Positions 8,827-17,193 of a stretch of DNA of 40,393 nucleotides are shown in pieces. Under the pieces are notes generated by a model that did not search any database, had not been told where the DNA came from, and saw only the letters and a list, made by a program, of their open reading frames with translations. How positions within the stretch are numbered: position 1 is the first letter of the stretch; each line of letters begins with the position of its first letter. The stretch is from Candidatus Hodarchaeota archaeon (GTDB lineage: Archaea; Asgardarchaeota; Lokiarchaeia; Sigyniarchaeales; SOKP01), in the NCBI GenBank assembly GCA_048886685.1, contig JBHLKM010000025.1, forward strand, positions 1 to 40,393, read 5' to 3'. The position numbers and the translations under genes are program-made.

Positions 8827-9957
8827 TTAGGATTTCTTTAGCTTTTTACTTATAAGGATTACAGCAACCGATAGAATGCCAACCAGAAAGAGGAGATTGT
8901 ATCCTGGAATAGGCTTTTCTCCATCTCTTTCTCCATAAGTACAATCACCGTTATCACTAAATTCATTTCCTTGGCAATTATATTCTACTATACATTTATC
9001 ATTATTCAACAAAGCATTTCCAGAAACAATATTGTCATTACTTGAGGATAAAGAAATCCCATAATAAGTATTGTTATTTGCGGTGTTTCCCGAAATTATA
9101 TTATACTTACTATGACTTAACCATATCCCATTATTATAATTTTCATTTACGGTGTTTCCCGAGATTATATTATACTTACTATGACTTAACCATATCCCAT
9201 TATCATAATTTTCATTTACGGTGTTTCCCGAAATGGTGCTATTATCACAGTATTCTAGATATATCCCATTATTATAATTTTGATTTACGATGTTTCTTGA
9301 AATGGTGTTATTTTTACCAAACCTATAATATATCCCATAACTATTGTTATTTGCGGTATTTCCCGAAATGGTGTTATTATCACCAACTATATAATATATC
9401 CCATAACTATTGTTATTTACAGTATTTCCCGAAATGATGTTGTTATCAGCAGCCATATAATATAACCCATAATTATTGTTATGTACAGTATTTCCTGAAA
9501 TGGTATTATTAACACAATTATCTAAATTTATCCCAGAAAAGCTAAATGAACAATTGTTTATAATTAATTTTCCTTTAGTAACATTGCTTAATTGAATACC
9601 CGCATTCGGACTAACCACTCCAGCGTTATAAAACGTACAATTTTCAATCCTAAAATATACATCCGAGTTTTCAATTAAGACACAACTTCCTATACCTTCG
9701 CCATCTATTATCAAATCTTCTATAAAATATGGTACAGCATAAGTGCCGTTACCTGTACAATTCCCTGCTGCTCTAAATGCAGCCCAACCAGAATTACCGT
9801 CAATATGTATTTTTCCTGATATGGCTGTGACTTTTAAATTATCGTGTTTGAATTCACTGGTAATGAACCTTGGATTTTTAGTAAGAATAGCTATAAAAGC
9901 GAAAAGGATTCCTAATATTATTAGAATTATTGTTTTTATTTTTCGAGGTGATTTCAC
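8827..9957 (-). CDS. NosD/PbH1 right-handed beta-helix surface protein with Loki-CTERM-type anchor
   Basis: N-terminal TM; GNGT...PY.IE motif; repeated N.ISGNT..NN..GI.L; C-terminal PIPGY-TM-KKLKKS. Confidence 0.9.
   Translation of the reverse strand: MKSPRKIKTIILIILGILFAFIAILTKNPRFITSEFKHDNLKVTAISGKIHIDGNSGWAAFRAAGNCTGNGTYAVPYFIEDLIIDGEGIGSCVLIENSDVYFRIENCTFYNAGVVSPNAGIQLSNVTKGKLIINNCSFSFSGINLDNCVNNTISGNTVHNNNYGLYYMAADNNIISGNTVNNNSYGIYYIVGDNNTISGNTANNNSYGIYYRFGKNNTISRNIVNQNYNNGIYLEYCDNSTISGNTVNENYDNGIWLSHSKYNIISGNTVNENYNNGIWLSHSKYNIISGNTANNNTYYGISLSSSNDNIVSGNALLNNDKCIVEYNCQGNEFSDNGDCTYGERDGEKPIPGYNLLFLVGILSVAVILISKKLKKS
9081..9233. repeat. Intragenic 69-bp tandem repeat (2 copies plus partial third)
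   Basis: 9081-9149 vs 9150-9218 differ at 2 positions. Confidence 0.9.
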
Positions 9958-10062
9958 TCTGATTTCATCAAAATCTTATATATCGTCTTGAAGAAAAATT
10001 AAGGCAATATATTATTTAATAGTAAGTTTTGACTTTACAATTTCTTATTTAGATTTATAGCA

Positions 10063-10146
10063 TTCCTAAATTTTGTCCCAATTTTCTGTGAAATTAGAAT
10101 AGAAAGGTAAATTCAGCGTCTGATTTCAATGAAAATTCCTTTCAAT
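10063..10146 (+). repeat. Array repeat copy 7 (most complete long form, ~84 bp)
   Basis: ttcctaaattttgtcccaattttctgtgaaattagaata plus core 10102-10146 (43/45). Confidence 0.95.
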
Positions 10147-10302
10147 TTTACATAAATAAAATATAGAACTTTCTTATTCCAGTATAAATTTAAGCTTTAG
10201 ATTTGGAACTAAAAATTAGATACTTTCAAATAAAATAGTATCATGGTAAATTATAATAATCAAGTAAATTATTTTAACGATATTTTATTATAAAAAAATG
10301 AG

Positions 10303-11139
10303 TTGGTTATTATGTCAAAAATGGATTTAGATTCAGTAGGACAAACGAGAGAGGGAACATTTGAGTATGATTGGAAAATGAGTGCTTTGTATAATTTGTG
10401 TGTTGGTGCACAAGCAGAAGATTTATCCTTTGTTTATGAGAGAGCACAAGGTGGTATGAAAGTGTTTCCGAGTTTTGCAACGATAGTAGCAGGTAGCGGA
10501 ATGATTTTCCCAAAAGGAACTGATTTTGTTCGATTATTACATGGTGAGCAATTGATTCGTCTTTATATGCCTTTTAATCCAGATGGAAAAATAAATACAA
10601 AAGGAGTCATAGACCATATATATGATAAAGGTAAAGCTGCTGTAATACATATAAAAATATCCGGACATTCAGAAGAAGGCGAACATATATTTGATACAAA
10701 ATATGTATATTTCGTTGCTGGTTCAGGAGGTTTCGGTGGGGACCCAGGACCAAAAACTGAGCCCTTAATTCCTCCCGAGGGTGTAGAACCAGATTTTAGT
10801 AGTTCTTATCAGACCAGTACAAATCAAGCAGCATTTTATAGATTAAATGGAGATCTTAATCCTCTACACATAGATCCGAATTTTGCTAGAATGGCACGCC
10901 AACCAAAACCAATCCTTCATGGTTTATGCACATACGGGATTGCTACACGTGCTATTTTGTATGAACTATGTGATAAGGATGTTTCTCGCTTTAAAGAATT
11001 CAGTGCAAGATTTACAGGTGTCGTGTTTCCTGGAGAAACTCTTATAACCGAAGGCTGGAAGGATAATGGACGTTATATTATTCAGGTGAGAAAGGATAAC
11101 ACCGTAGTGCTGGGGAATTCTTATGCCATTGTAGCGTAA
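10303..11139 (+). CDS. MaoC double-hotdog (R)-enoyl-CoA hydratase (hydratase-2 / MFE-2-like)
   Basis: LLHGEQ, YRLNGDLNPLHIDP, ILHGLCTYG, VFPGETL; true start probably Met at 10312. Confidence 0.9.
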   Translation: MVIMSKMDLDSVGQTREGTFEYDWKMSALYNLCVGAQAEDLSFVYERAQGGMKVFPSFATIVAGSGMIFPKGTDFVRLLHGEQLIRLYMPFNPDGKINTKGVIDHIYDKGKAAVIHIKISGHSEEGEHIFDTKYVYFVAGSGGFGGDPGPKTEPLIPPEGVEPDFSSSYQTSTNQAAFYRLNGDLNPLHIDPNFARMARQPKPILHGLCTYGIATRAILYELCDKDVSRFKEFSARFTGVVFPGETLITEGWKDNGRYIIQVRKDNTVVLGNSYAIVA

Positions 11140-11193
11140 ATAATCAAATAATTTTTTCTTTTTCTATCTTTAATTATGTTTTTTGTTTTAATA

Positions 11194-11238
11194 GAAAGAT
11201 AAATTCAGAACCTGATTTCAATGAAAAGTCTTTTGAGA
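11194..11238 (+). repeat. Array repeat copy 8 (degenerate, terminal)
   Basis: 38/45; central CGT replaced by AAC while the flanking CAG/CTG is kept. Confidence 0.8.
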
Positions 11239-11311
11239 AATTAAACAATATAAATAATTAACACTGAAATAATTAAAAGAGATAAATTCAAAATACAATA
11301 TATACAAAAAA

Positions 11312-11533
11312 ATGGTCCCAAAAAAAATGAAAATTGAAACAATCACAATTAATCTCTTGAACCATACTATGTATCATGCTAAATCTTCTGGCATAGAGAA
11401 AATGGAGCTTGAGAAAAAAGGTTTTTTTTCAAGTGCATTAGGATACATCGAAGAATACTGTACCAAAAACGGATTTGATGTTATTAATGTACATGGCTCT
11501 AACAATAGAATTTACGAGCTCATTAAACGCTAA
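11312..11533 (+). CDS. Small hypothetical protein
   Basis: 73-aa ORF followed by a T-run. Confidence 0.55.
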   Translation: MVPKKMKIETITINLLNHTMYHAKSSGIEKMELEKKGFFSSALGYIEEYCTKNGFDVINVHGSNNRIYELIKR

Positions 11534-11607
11534 ATATTTTTCTTTTTTTTTTATAATAATTCATCTTCTTGAATAGGGAAAAAACAGATATATAGATGAA
11601 ATTTTCT

Positions 11608-11622
11608 TTATATGAAGTTAGG
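11608..11622 (+). repeat. Secondary motif copy C (TTATATGAAGTTAGG) at island right boundary
   Basis: Shares ATATGAAGTTAGG with 1704-1716. Confidence 0.45.
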
Positions 11623-11665
11623 TTAATAATTAAAAAAAAAATAATATTAGAGAGAGAAGGTAGAA

Positions 11666-12745
11666 CTAATTCACAAATGTTATAGCGTTTTTTAATGCTT
11701 TTTCCGCATCCTTTATAGTATTTTCAATGATATCTGCAACACTCTCGATTTGGTCTATGGCACCTATACTCTGTCCTAACAAAACGTAGCCATTCTCAAT
11801 ATCACCATCAAAAATTGCAAAAGCTGCAATTGCATCCCTTCTTAATTCTTCGGCAAGTTCTTCCTGTGATATCTCAGAACGGTGATCTGTCAATGCTTTT
11901 TCTTCAGCCATTTTTTCTTCTTTACTTTTTACTAAACCTTTTGCCAGAGCAAATTTGTTTTTCCAGAGTCTGATGGTTCCTAATCCTCCAGTCCTGATAA
12001 TGGTATCTTGAGCTTTAGCCGGTGGGACAATATTCTTATAGTTTTCATGAAATTCACTATCTTTGGAGGCAATAAATCTCGATCCCATCGCAATTCCTCC
12101 TGCACCGAGAGCTAAAGCGGCAGCCATACCTGCTCCTGTAGCAAATCCACCGCACGCTATTTTTGGAATATCAGGATGTTTTTGTTGTACTTGCTGTAAT
12201 AAAACCAAACCACCAACTTTTTCATATGATTGATGGCCTCCTCCTTCGAATCCTGTTACAACAAGCCCGTCGCATCCTGCTGCGACACACTTATCAGCTA
12301 GCCAAAGCGCAGGAGCAACATGGAAATGTTTAATCTGCGAGCTTTGCCTTAATTTCTGGAAATCCTTGTTCTCGGGCATTCTTCTTGCTGAACCTGCACT
12401 GGTGAGTGCATATAGGCATTGTTCTTTCAATTTAGGATTTCCCATTATATGCTTTGCGGTTTCAGAGATCAACTTATCGCAATCTACTGTAAGTCTTGAA
12501 GTTCTTATATTGAAACCAAAAATCCCATCAGTATGCTCCACTAAATAATCAAGATTTTTTTTCATCGCGGTTATAGCGCTTACTTCCCTACCATCCATAG
12601 ACTGGTTTGCATGAGAAATCATACCAAGTCCACCAGCCTCTGCGACCGCTATTGCTAATTCGGTTGTTCGGAAAGGGCCCATCGCAGCGCTTGCGATTGG
12701 ATGTTTTATACCAAACATATCGGTAATATTTGTTTTTATTGTCAA
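11666..12745 (-). CDS. Nitronate monooxygenase / FabK-like FMN oxidoreductase (paralogue 1, TTG start)
   Basis: GIKHPI..AAMG, AGGLG, GFEGGGH, IACGGF, MGSRF, GQSIG; AGGTGA RBS. Confidence 0.9.
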   Translation of the reverse strand: MTIKTNITDMFGIKHPIASAAMGPFRTTELAIAVAEAGGLGMISHANQSMDGREVSAITAMKKNLDYLVEHTDGIFGFNIRTSRLTVDCDKLISETAKHIMGNPKLKEQCLYALTSAGSARRMPENKDFQKLRQSSQIKHFHVAPALWLADKCVAAGCDGLVVTGFEGGGHQSYEKVGGLVLLQQVQQKHPDIPKIACGGFATGAGMAAALALGAGGIAMGSRFIASKDSEFHENYKNIVPPAKAQDTIIRTGGLGTIRLWKNKFALAKGLVKSKEEKMAEEKALTDHRSEISQEELAEELRRDAIAAFAIFDGDIENGYVLLGQSIGAIDQIESVADIIENTIKDAEKALKNAITFVN

Positions 12746-12866
12746 AACACATCACCTTCTATTCTAATTGAATTACACACTAAATAAAACTATCCTTTTA
12801 TGATTGAAATTCTTTTCGGATGAACATAAATAATAGTTTAAAAAAAACTTATAGTAGATAAAATAC

Positions 12867-13946
12867 CTAATCTATAAATGTTATTGCTTTTTTTAAAGAT
12901 ATTTCTGCCTCTTTTACAATTCTCTCAATAATATCCGAAACACTTTCAATTTGGTTTACTATTCCTATACTTTGCCCTAATAAAACTCCACCGTTTTCCA
13001 TATCACCTTGATAAGCTGCAAAAGCAGCTTTTGCGTCCTTTCTTAATTCTTCAGCAAGATCTTCCTGCGATATAGCAGCGCGGTGTTCTTCCCTTTCTTT
13101 TTCTTCAGCCATTTTTTCTTCCTTACTTTTTACTAAACCTTTTGACAGAGCGTATTTATTCTTCCAATACCTGATGGTTCCTAGACTTCCTGTTCTAATA
13201 ATTGTATCTGAAGCTTTTGCGGGTGGTACCACATTCTTGTAGTTTTCATGAAATTCACTATCTTTTGATGCAATAAATCTCGATCCCATCGCAATTCCCC
13301 CTGCACCGAGAGCTAAAGCTGCAGCCATACCTGCTCCTGTAGCAAATCCACCACACGCTATTTTTGGAATATCAGGATGTTTTTGTTGTACTTGCTGTAA
13401 TAAAACCAAACTCCCAACTTTTTCATATGATTGATGGCCTCCTCCTTCGAATCCTGTTACAACAAGCCCGTCACATCCCGCTGCGACACACTTATCAGCT
13501 AGCCAAAGCGCAGGAGCAACATGGAAATGTTTAATCTCCGTACTTTCCCTTAATTTCTGGAAATTCTTGTTCTGGGGCATCCTTCTTGCTGAACCTGCAC
13601 TGGTGAGCGCATATAAGCATTGTTCTCTTAATTTAGGATTTGCCATTATATACTTTGAAGTTTCTGAAATCAACTCATCAGCAGTTACTTCAAGTCTGGA
13701 TGTCCTTACATTGAAACCGAAAATTCCATCAGTATGTTCAACAACATAATCAAGATTTTTCTTCATTGCCTCGAGGTAATTTTTTTCATACCCCTCCATA
13801 GATACGTTTGTATGTGAAATCATTCCAAGTCCGCCTGCGTCTGCGACTGCCACCGCTAATTCGGTTGTTCTAAAGGGACCCATTGCGGCACTTGCGATTG
13901 GATGTTTAATTCCAAACATTTCAGTTATATTTGTTTTTATTGTCAT
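12867..13946 (-). CDS. Nitronate monooxygenase / FabK-like FMN oxidoreductase (paralogue 2)
   Basis: Same motifs and same 359-aa length as paralogue 1. Confidence 0.9.
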   Translation of the reverse strand: MTIKTNITEMFGIKHPIASAAMGPFRTTELAVAVADAGGLGMISHTNVSMEGYEKNYLEAMKKNLDYVVEHTDGIFGFNVRTSRLEVTADELISETSKYIMANPKLREQCLYALTSAGSARRMPQNKNFQKLRESTEIKHFHVAPALWLADKCVAAGCDGLVVTGFEGGGHQSYEKVGSLVLLQQVQQKHPDIPKIACGGFATGAGMAAALALGAGGIAMGSRFIASKDSEFHENYKNVVPPAKASDTIIRTGSLGTIRYWKNKYALSKGLVKSKEEKMAEEKEREEHRAAISQEDLAEELRKDAKAAFAAYQGDMENGGVLLGQSIGIVNQIESVSDIIERIVKEAEISLKKAITFID

Positions 13947-14071
13947 GCTTAAACACCTTAATAATTATGTAATCGGAGCCTAAATAAAAACTATCCTTTA
14001 ATTCATATAATTAAGTTTTAAGATGCATTTCCAACAATTAATTATTTCGAACTATTTTTATAATGAAGAAT

Positions 14072-14824
14072 TTACTGGAAATCATTCAATCGATTTTGAC
14101 TAGATATATTTTTAGAATTCTCAAATACCTCTTGGATGGTTTTAAACTTACTAAGCCGTTGAAGTGTAGAATATTGAGGGAATATCAATTTGATTTGCTT
14201 TTTTGCAAAATTCTCTAAGATTTGTTTTGGGGATCCCCATAATCCCTCTGTTAACTCATCCCTAAATAAATTAATATTCTGATTTTGAGGAAACTCGCAT
14301 AAAAAGAATTGGGTATCAAATCTAATGGGGGATACTTTAGGAGTTATCAATCTTCCGAAATACTTTAAATATTCTGCGGCGTAATAAAGATTTTCTTTAG
14401 TCAGAACATCTGTCATAGTTTTCCTTTTTTTTTGAAGATTTTTTTGATGTTTTCTTAATTTTTTTGGTTTTATTTCAATTTTTTCGGGTGATTTTCCTGC
14501 TTTATTAGTCGCAATTAAAATACCTGTTTCTTCAAATAATTCCCGGATTGCAATAATCCAAAGATTTGCGGGATGTTCACATATTTCTGTTAAGTTAGCA
14601 ATAACATCATCATCAATCCCAATTAATCTTGCTCTTGACTCTTTAGTTAAGTCTTGATCATCAAGAGCGCCACCAGGGAATACATGGTGTTCACTCATAA
14701 ATTTAGTGTCTTTATGTCTTTTAGCCATAAATACTTCAAATTCGCATTCATCGTCAGATCCTGAATTTGATGAGCAGGCACGTAATAAAATTACTGTTGC
14801 AGCTAATTTTGGTTCAATTGGCAT
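14072..14824 (-). CDS. NUDIX hydrolase, NUDT19-like (probable acyl-CoA diphosphatase)
   Basis: AATVILLR, VFPGG..D..D, AIRELFEETG, ITP...RFDTQFF. Confidence 0.85.
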   Translation of the reverse strand: MPIEPKLAATVILLRACSSNSGSDDECEFEVFMAKRHKDTKFMSEHHVFPGGALDDQDLTKESRARLIGIDDDVIANLTEICEHPANLWIIAIRELFEETGILIATNKAGKSPEKIEIKPKKLRKHQKNLQKKRKTMTDVLTKENLYYAAEYLKYFGRLITPKVSPIRFDTQFFLCEFPQNQNINLFRDELTEGLWGSPKQILENFAKKQIKLIFPQYSTLQRLSKFKTIQEVFENSKNISSQNRLNDFQ

Positions 14825-14880
14825 CAGTAATCATTCTGTAGATATTTTAGTATTTTAAAAATATATGAAAAATAGCTGAA

Positions 14881-15726
14881 TTATAATTCTTTATACAAAC
14901 CTGATTTTGTGAAGTTTTTTGAAAAATATCTGCCATTTTTTTTATAATTTATTTCCTTCCATTCCACAACTTCTTCGATATTGTGATCTCCTGTAATTAC
15001 TATGACATCTTTGTTTTTATACGAATCTAAAGAAATATTTACGACTTCTTCAGGGGTCATAGGTCCACCAAACTTTCCAGGAGTAGCAATTGCTGCAGGG
15101 CCAAAGATTTCCGTGTGGGTATTACCTGGACAAATGGCTTTAAGCTTTACCTTTGATTTAATAAAATTTAGTTTAAGTTGCACCATTTCTGTGAAAGCTG
15201 AAATAAATGCTTTCGTTGAATGATACATTGGTTCTCGGGAACCGTGTAAAATCATTGAAGCGATAGAAGAAATATTGAAAATTACTCCTCTGTCTTTCTT
15301 TTGCATCGGTTTTAGTGCTGCATGCATTAAACGAGTTGTTGCCCCACAATGAAGATTAATCATTTTCATAAAAACATTAGATTTGGAATTTTTACCAATA
15401 AAATTTTCCAAAGTACTAAATCCTGCATTATTGACTAGTACATCAAGATTTTTAATTGATTCGATATACGATGCAAACTCTTCCATGAATTCGGTTTGGG
15501 AAAGATCACCTGGAACGATTTCAACGTTGATGCCATATTTTTCCTCCAATTCTGAAGCGAGGGATTCTAACCTGTTTTTTCTTCGAGCAGTAATAACCAA
15601 ATCAAACCCTTGAGAGCCCAAAATTCGTGTAAATGATTCTCCAATTCCTGAACTCGCACCAGTAAGTACTGCGATTCCCGGATCTGTTACATCCATAAAA
15701 TTATTACTTATTTTCATGATAAACAA
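14881..15726 (-). CDS. Short-chain dehydrogenase/reductase
   Basis: TGASSGIG, NNAG, YHSTK. Confidence 0.92.
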   Translation of the reverse strand: MFIMKISNNFMDVTDPGIAVLTGASSGIGESFTRILGSQGFDLVITARRKNRLESLASELEEKYGINVEIVPGDLSQTEFMEEFASYIESIKNLDVLVNNAGFSTLENFIGKNSKSNVFMKMINLHCGATTRLMHAALKPMQKKDRGVIFNISSIASMILHGSREPMYHSTKAFISAFTEMVQLKLNFIKSKVKLKAICPGNTHTEIFGPAAIATPGKFGGPMTPEEVVNISLDSYKNKDVIVITGDHNIEEVVEWKEINYKKNGRYFSKNFTKSGLYKEL

Positions 15727-15753
15727 ATATTTTAAATTTTTATTCCTTAAATT

Positions 15754-17193
15754 CTATTTATATTTAATTTTTTTCCATGGTTTTTCCGACCAATAAAGTA
15801 CCATTCCATCTTTCTCTATTTTATGCACTATATTCTGGAATTCTAAATAGTCTAGATGAACTAGAGTTTCACTAATTGCAAGGATTTTATTCATCTGGTC
15901 CAAATCATCCCCAAAGTGGTTAAGAGCAATTTGGAAAGGGGGCATTGGATTATTTTTAATAATTCTTGAAATATCAAAAAGCCGATTCTGGTGATGATTT
16001 TTAATGGCGGTAATTCTCTCGTGTGGATAGTAAATAATTTGTTCATGTCCAGGTAATATTATCTTGGAATTTAGTTTATCGATTCGATCTAGAGATCTAA
16101 GATAGTGTTCTAAGATATTTTCGAAGTTGTTTTTCTTGTTAAATTCACTTGCACCCGGAATTGCGAGGGTACCCAAATGGGGGGTGATTTTGCTCAATAT
16201 ATGGTCTCCTGAGAATATTATTCCCTCTCTTGGGTAATATACGCAAATATGACCCACTGAATGCCCTGGAGAATGTATGATTTGCAATTCACCATCCACG
16301 ATTTTATCATTATCATTAAGTAATAAATTAGGCTCAACATAATCAAATCCCATACCAAACGGTTGAATCATTAAATCGACTTCTTCCTTAGGGAGTCCAT
16401 ATTTAATTAGTAAATTTCCCCTTTTTTTTGCTGTTTCTTCTATACTATTGTTAATATATAGTTTTAATCTTAATTTGGCAAGCTCATGGGCGATTTTGTG
16501 CAGACAAATTTTTACTTCCGGATTTGCTCTCTTTAGATCAGCTACAAGCCCCGTATGATCTGGATGTTCATGCGTAATAATACAGTAATCAATTTCTTTA
16601 AGGTTTATTTTTAATTCACTTAATGCTTTATAGAAAGCATTTTTCCAATATTGCATGGAATACCCCGCATCAATGAGAACAACATTATTATTTATATTAA
16701 ATATATATAAACTAACAATATTAGAAAATCCAATATTAATCTGGTTGATCCCATCTAAGTTACGGACTTTAAAATATTCAAAATCGATCAAGTTTATCAA
16801 ATGCGAGAAAAACTTTTCCAAGTCCTCGAAATTTTCTACATTTTCTTTTATTTCGGGATACTCATATTCTATATGAGGTTTTATTATATTATTAAAAAAT
16901 TCTGAGTAAGATTCACCATTCTCCAAGAATAGAATATACATATCATGAGAGAACCAAAAAAAATTCTGAAGCAAGTCCACTGGAAATTTCGTTCTTTTTG
17001 AAATTTCTTTTATAAAATGTCTGACCGATGTTTGGGGTATAAAATTGTTAAATTCTTGGAAAAGCAATTTCTTATCTTCAAAATCTAAATTGTATACCTT
17101 GATTATATTTTCCAATTGATATTTTGGTATCCTGATTTCTCTTCTCATATAAACCATCAAATATTTATTAAAGAATAAGGGACCTTCCATCAA
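15754..17193 (-). CDS. Metallo-beta-lactamase-fold hydrolase with extra N-terminal helical domain
   Basis: THEHPDH, PGHSVGH, SGDH, PGH motifs; start probably downstream of 17193. Confidence 0.85.
   Translation of the reverse strand: MMEGPLFFNKYLMVYMRREIRIPKYQLENIIKVYNLDFEDKKLLFQEFNNFIPQTSVRHFIKEISKRTKFPVDLLQNFFWFSHDMYILFLENGESYSEFFNNIIKPHIEYEYPEIKENVENFEDLEKFFSHLINLIDFEYFKVRNLDGINQINIGFSNIVSLYIFNINNNVVLIDAGYSMQYWKNAFYKALSELKINLKEIDYCIITHEHPDHTGLVADLKRANPEVKICLHKIAHELAKLRLKLYINNSIEETAKKRGNLLIKYGLPKEEVDLMIQPFGMGFDYVEPNLLLNDNDKIVDGELQIIHSPGHSVGHICVYYPREGIIFSGDHILSKITPHLGTLAIPGASEFNKKNNFENILEHYLRSLDRIDKLNSKIILPGHEQIIYYPHERITAIKNHHQNRLFDISRIIKNNPMPPFQIALNHFGDDLDQMNKILAISETLVHLDYLEFQNIVHKIEKDGMVLYWSEKPWKKIKYK

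Noticed and set aside
9042-9437. 131-aa repetitive ORF on + strand
   Set aside because: Shadow of the beta-helix gene repeats.
753-11238. Canonical CRISPR array or canonical integron attC array
   Set aside because: Spacing is 0.75-3.3 kb, not ~35 bp; no cas or intI gene in the window; no attC core ends; cargo genes are in both orientations.
753-11238. Repeat as promoter, terminator or simple TF site
   Set aside because: Its orientation is fixed regardless of neighbouring gene direction, and it occurs between convergent genes (copies 3 and 6).
11666-13946. Diversity-generating retroelement TR/VR pair
   Set aside because: Whole-gene paralogues with mostly synonymous, non-adenine-specific differences; no reverse transcriptase in the window.
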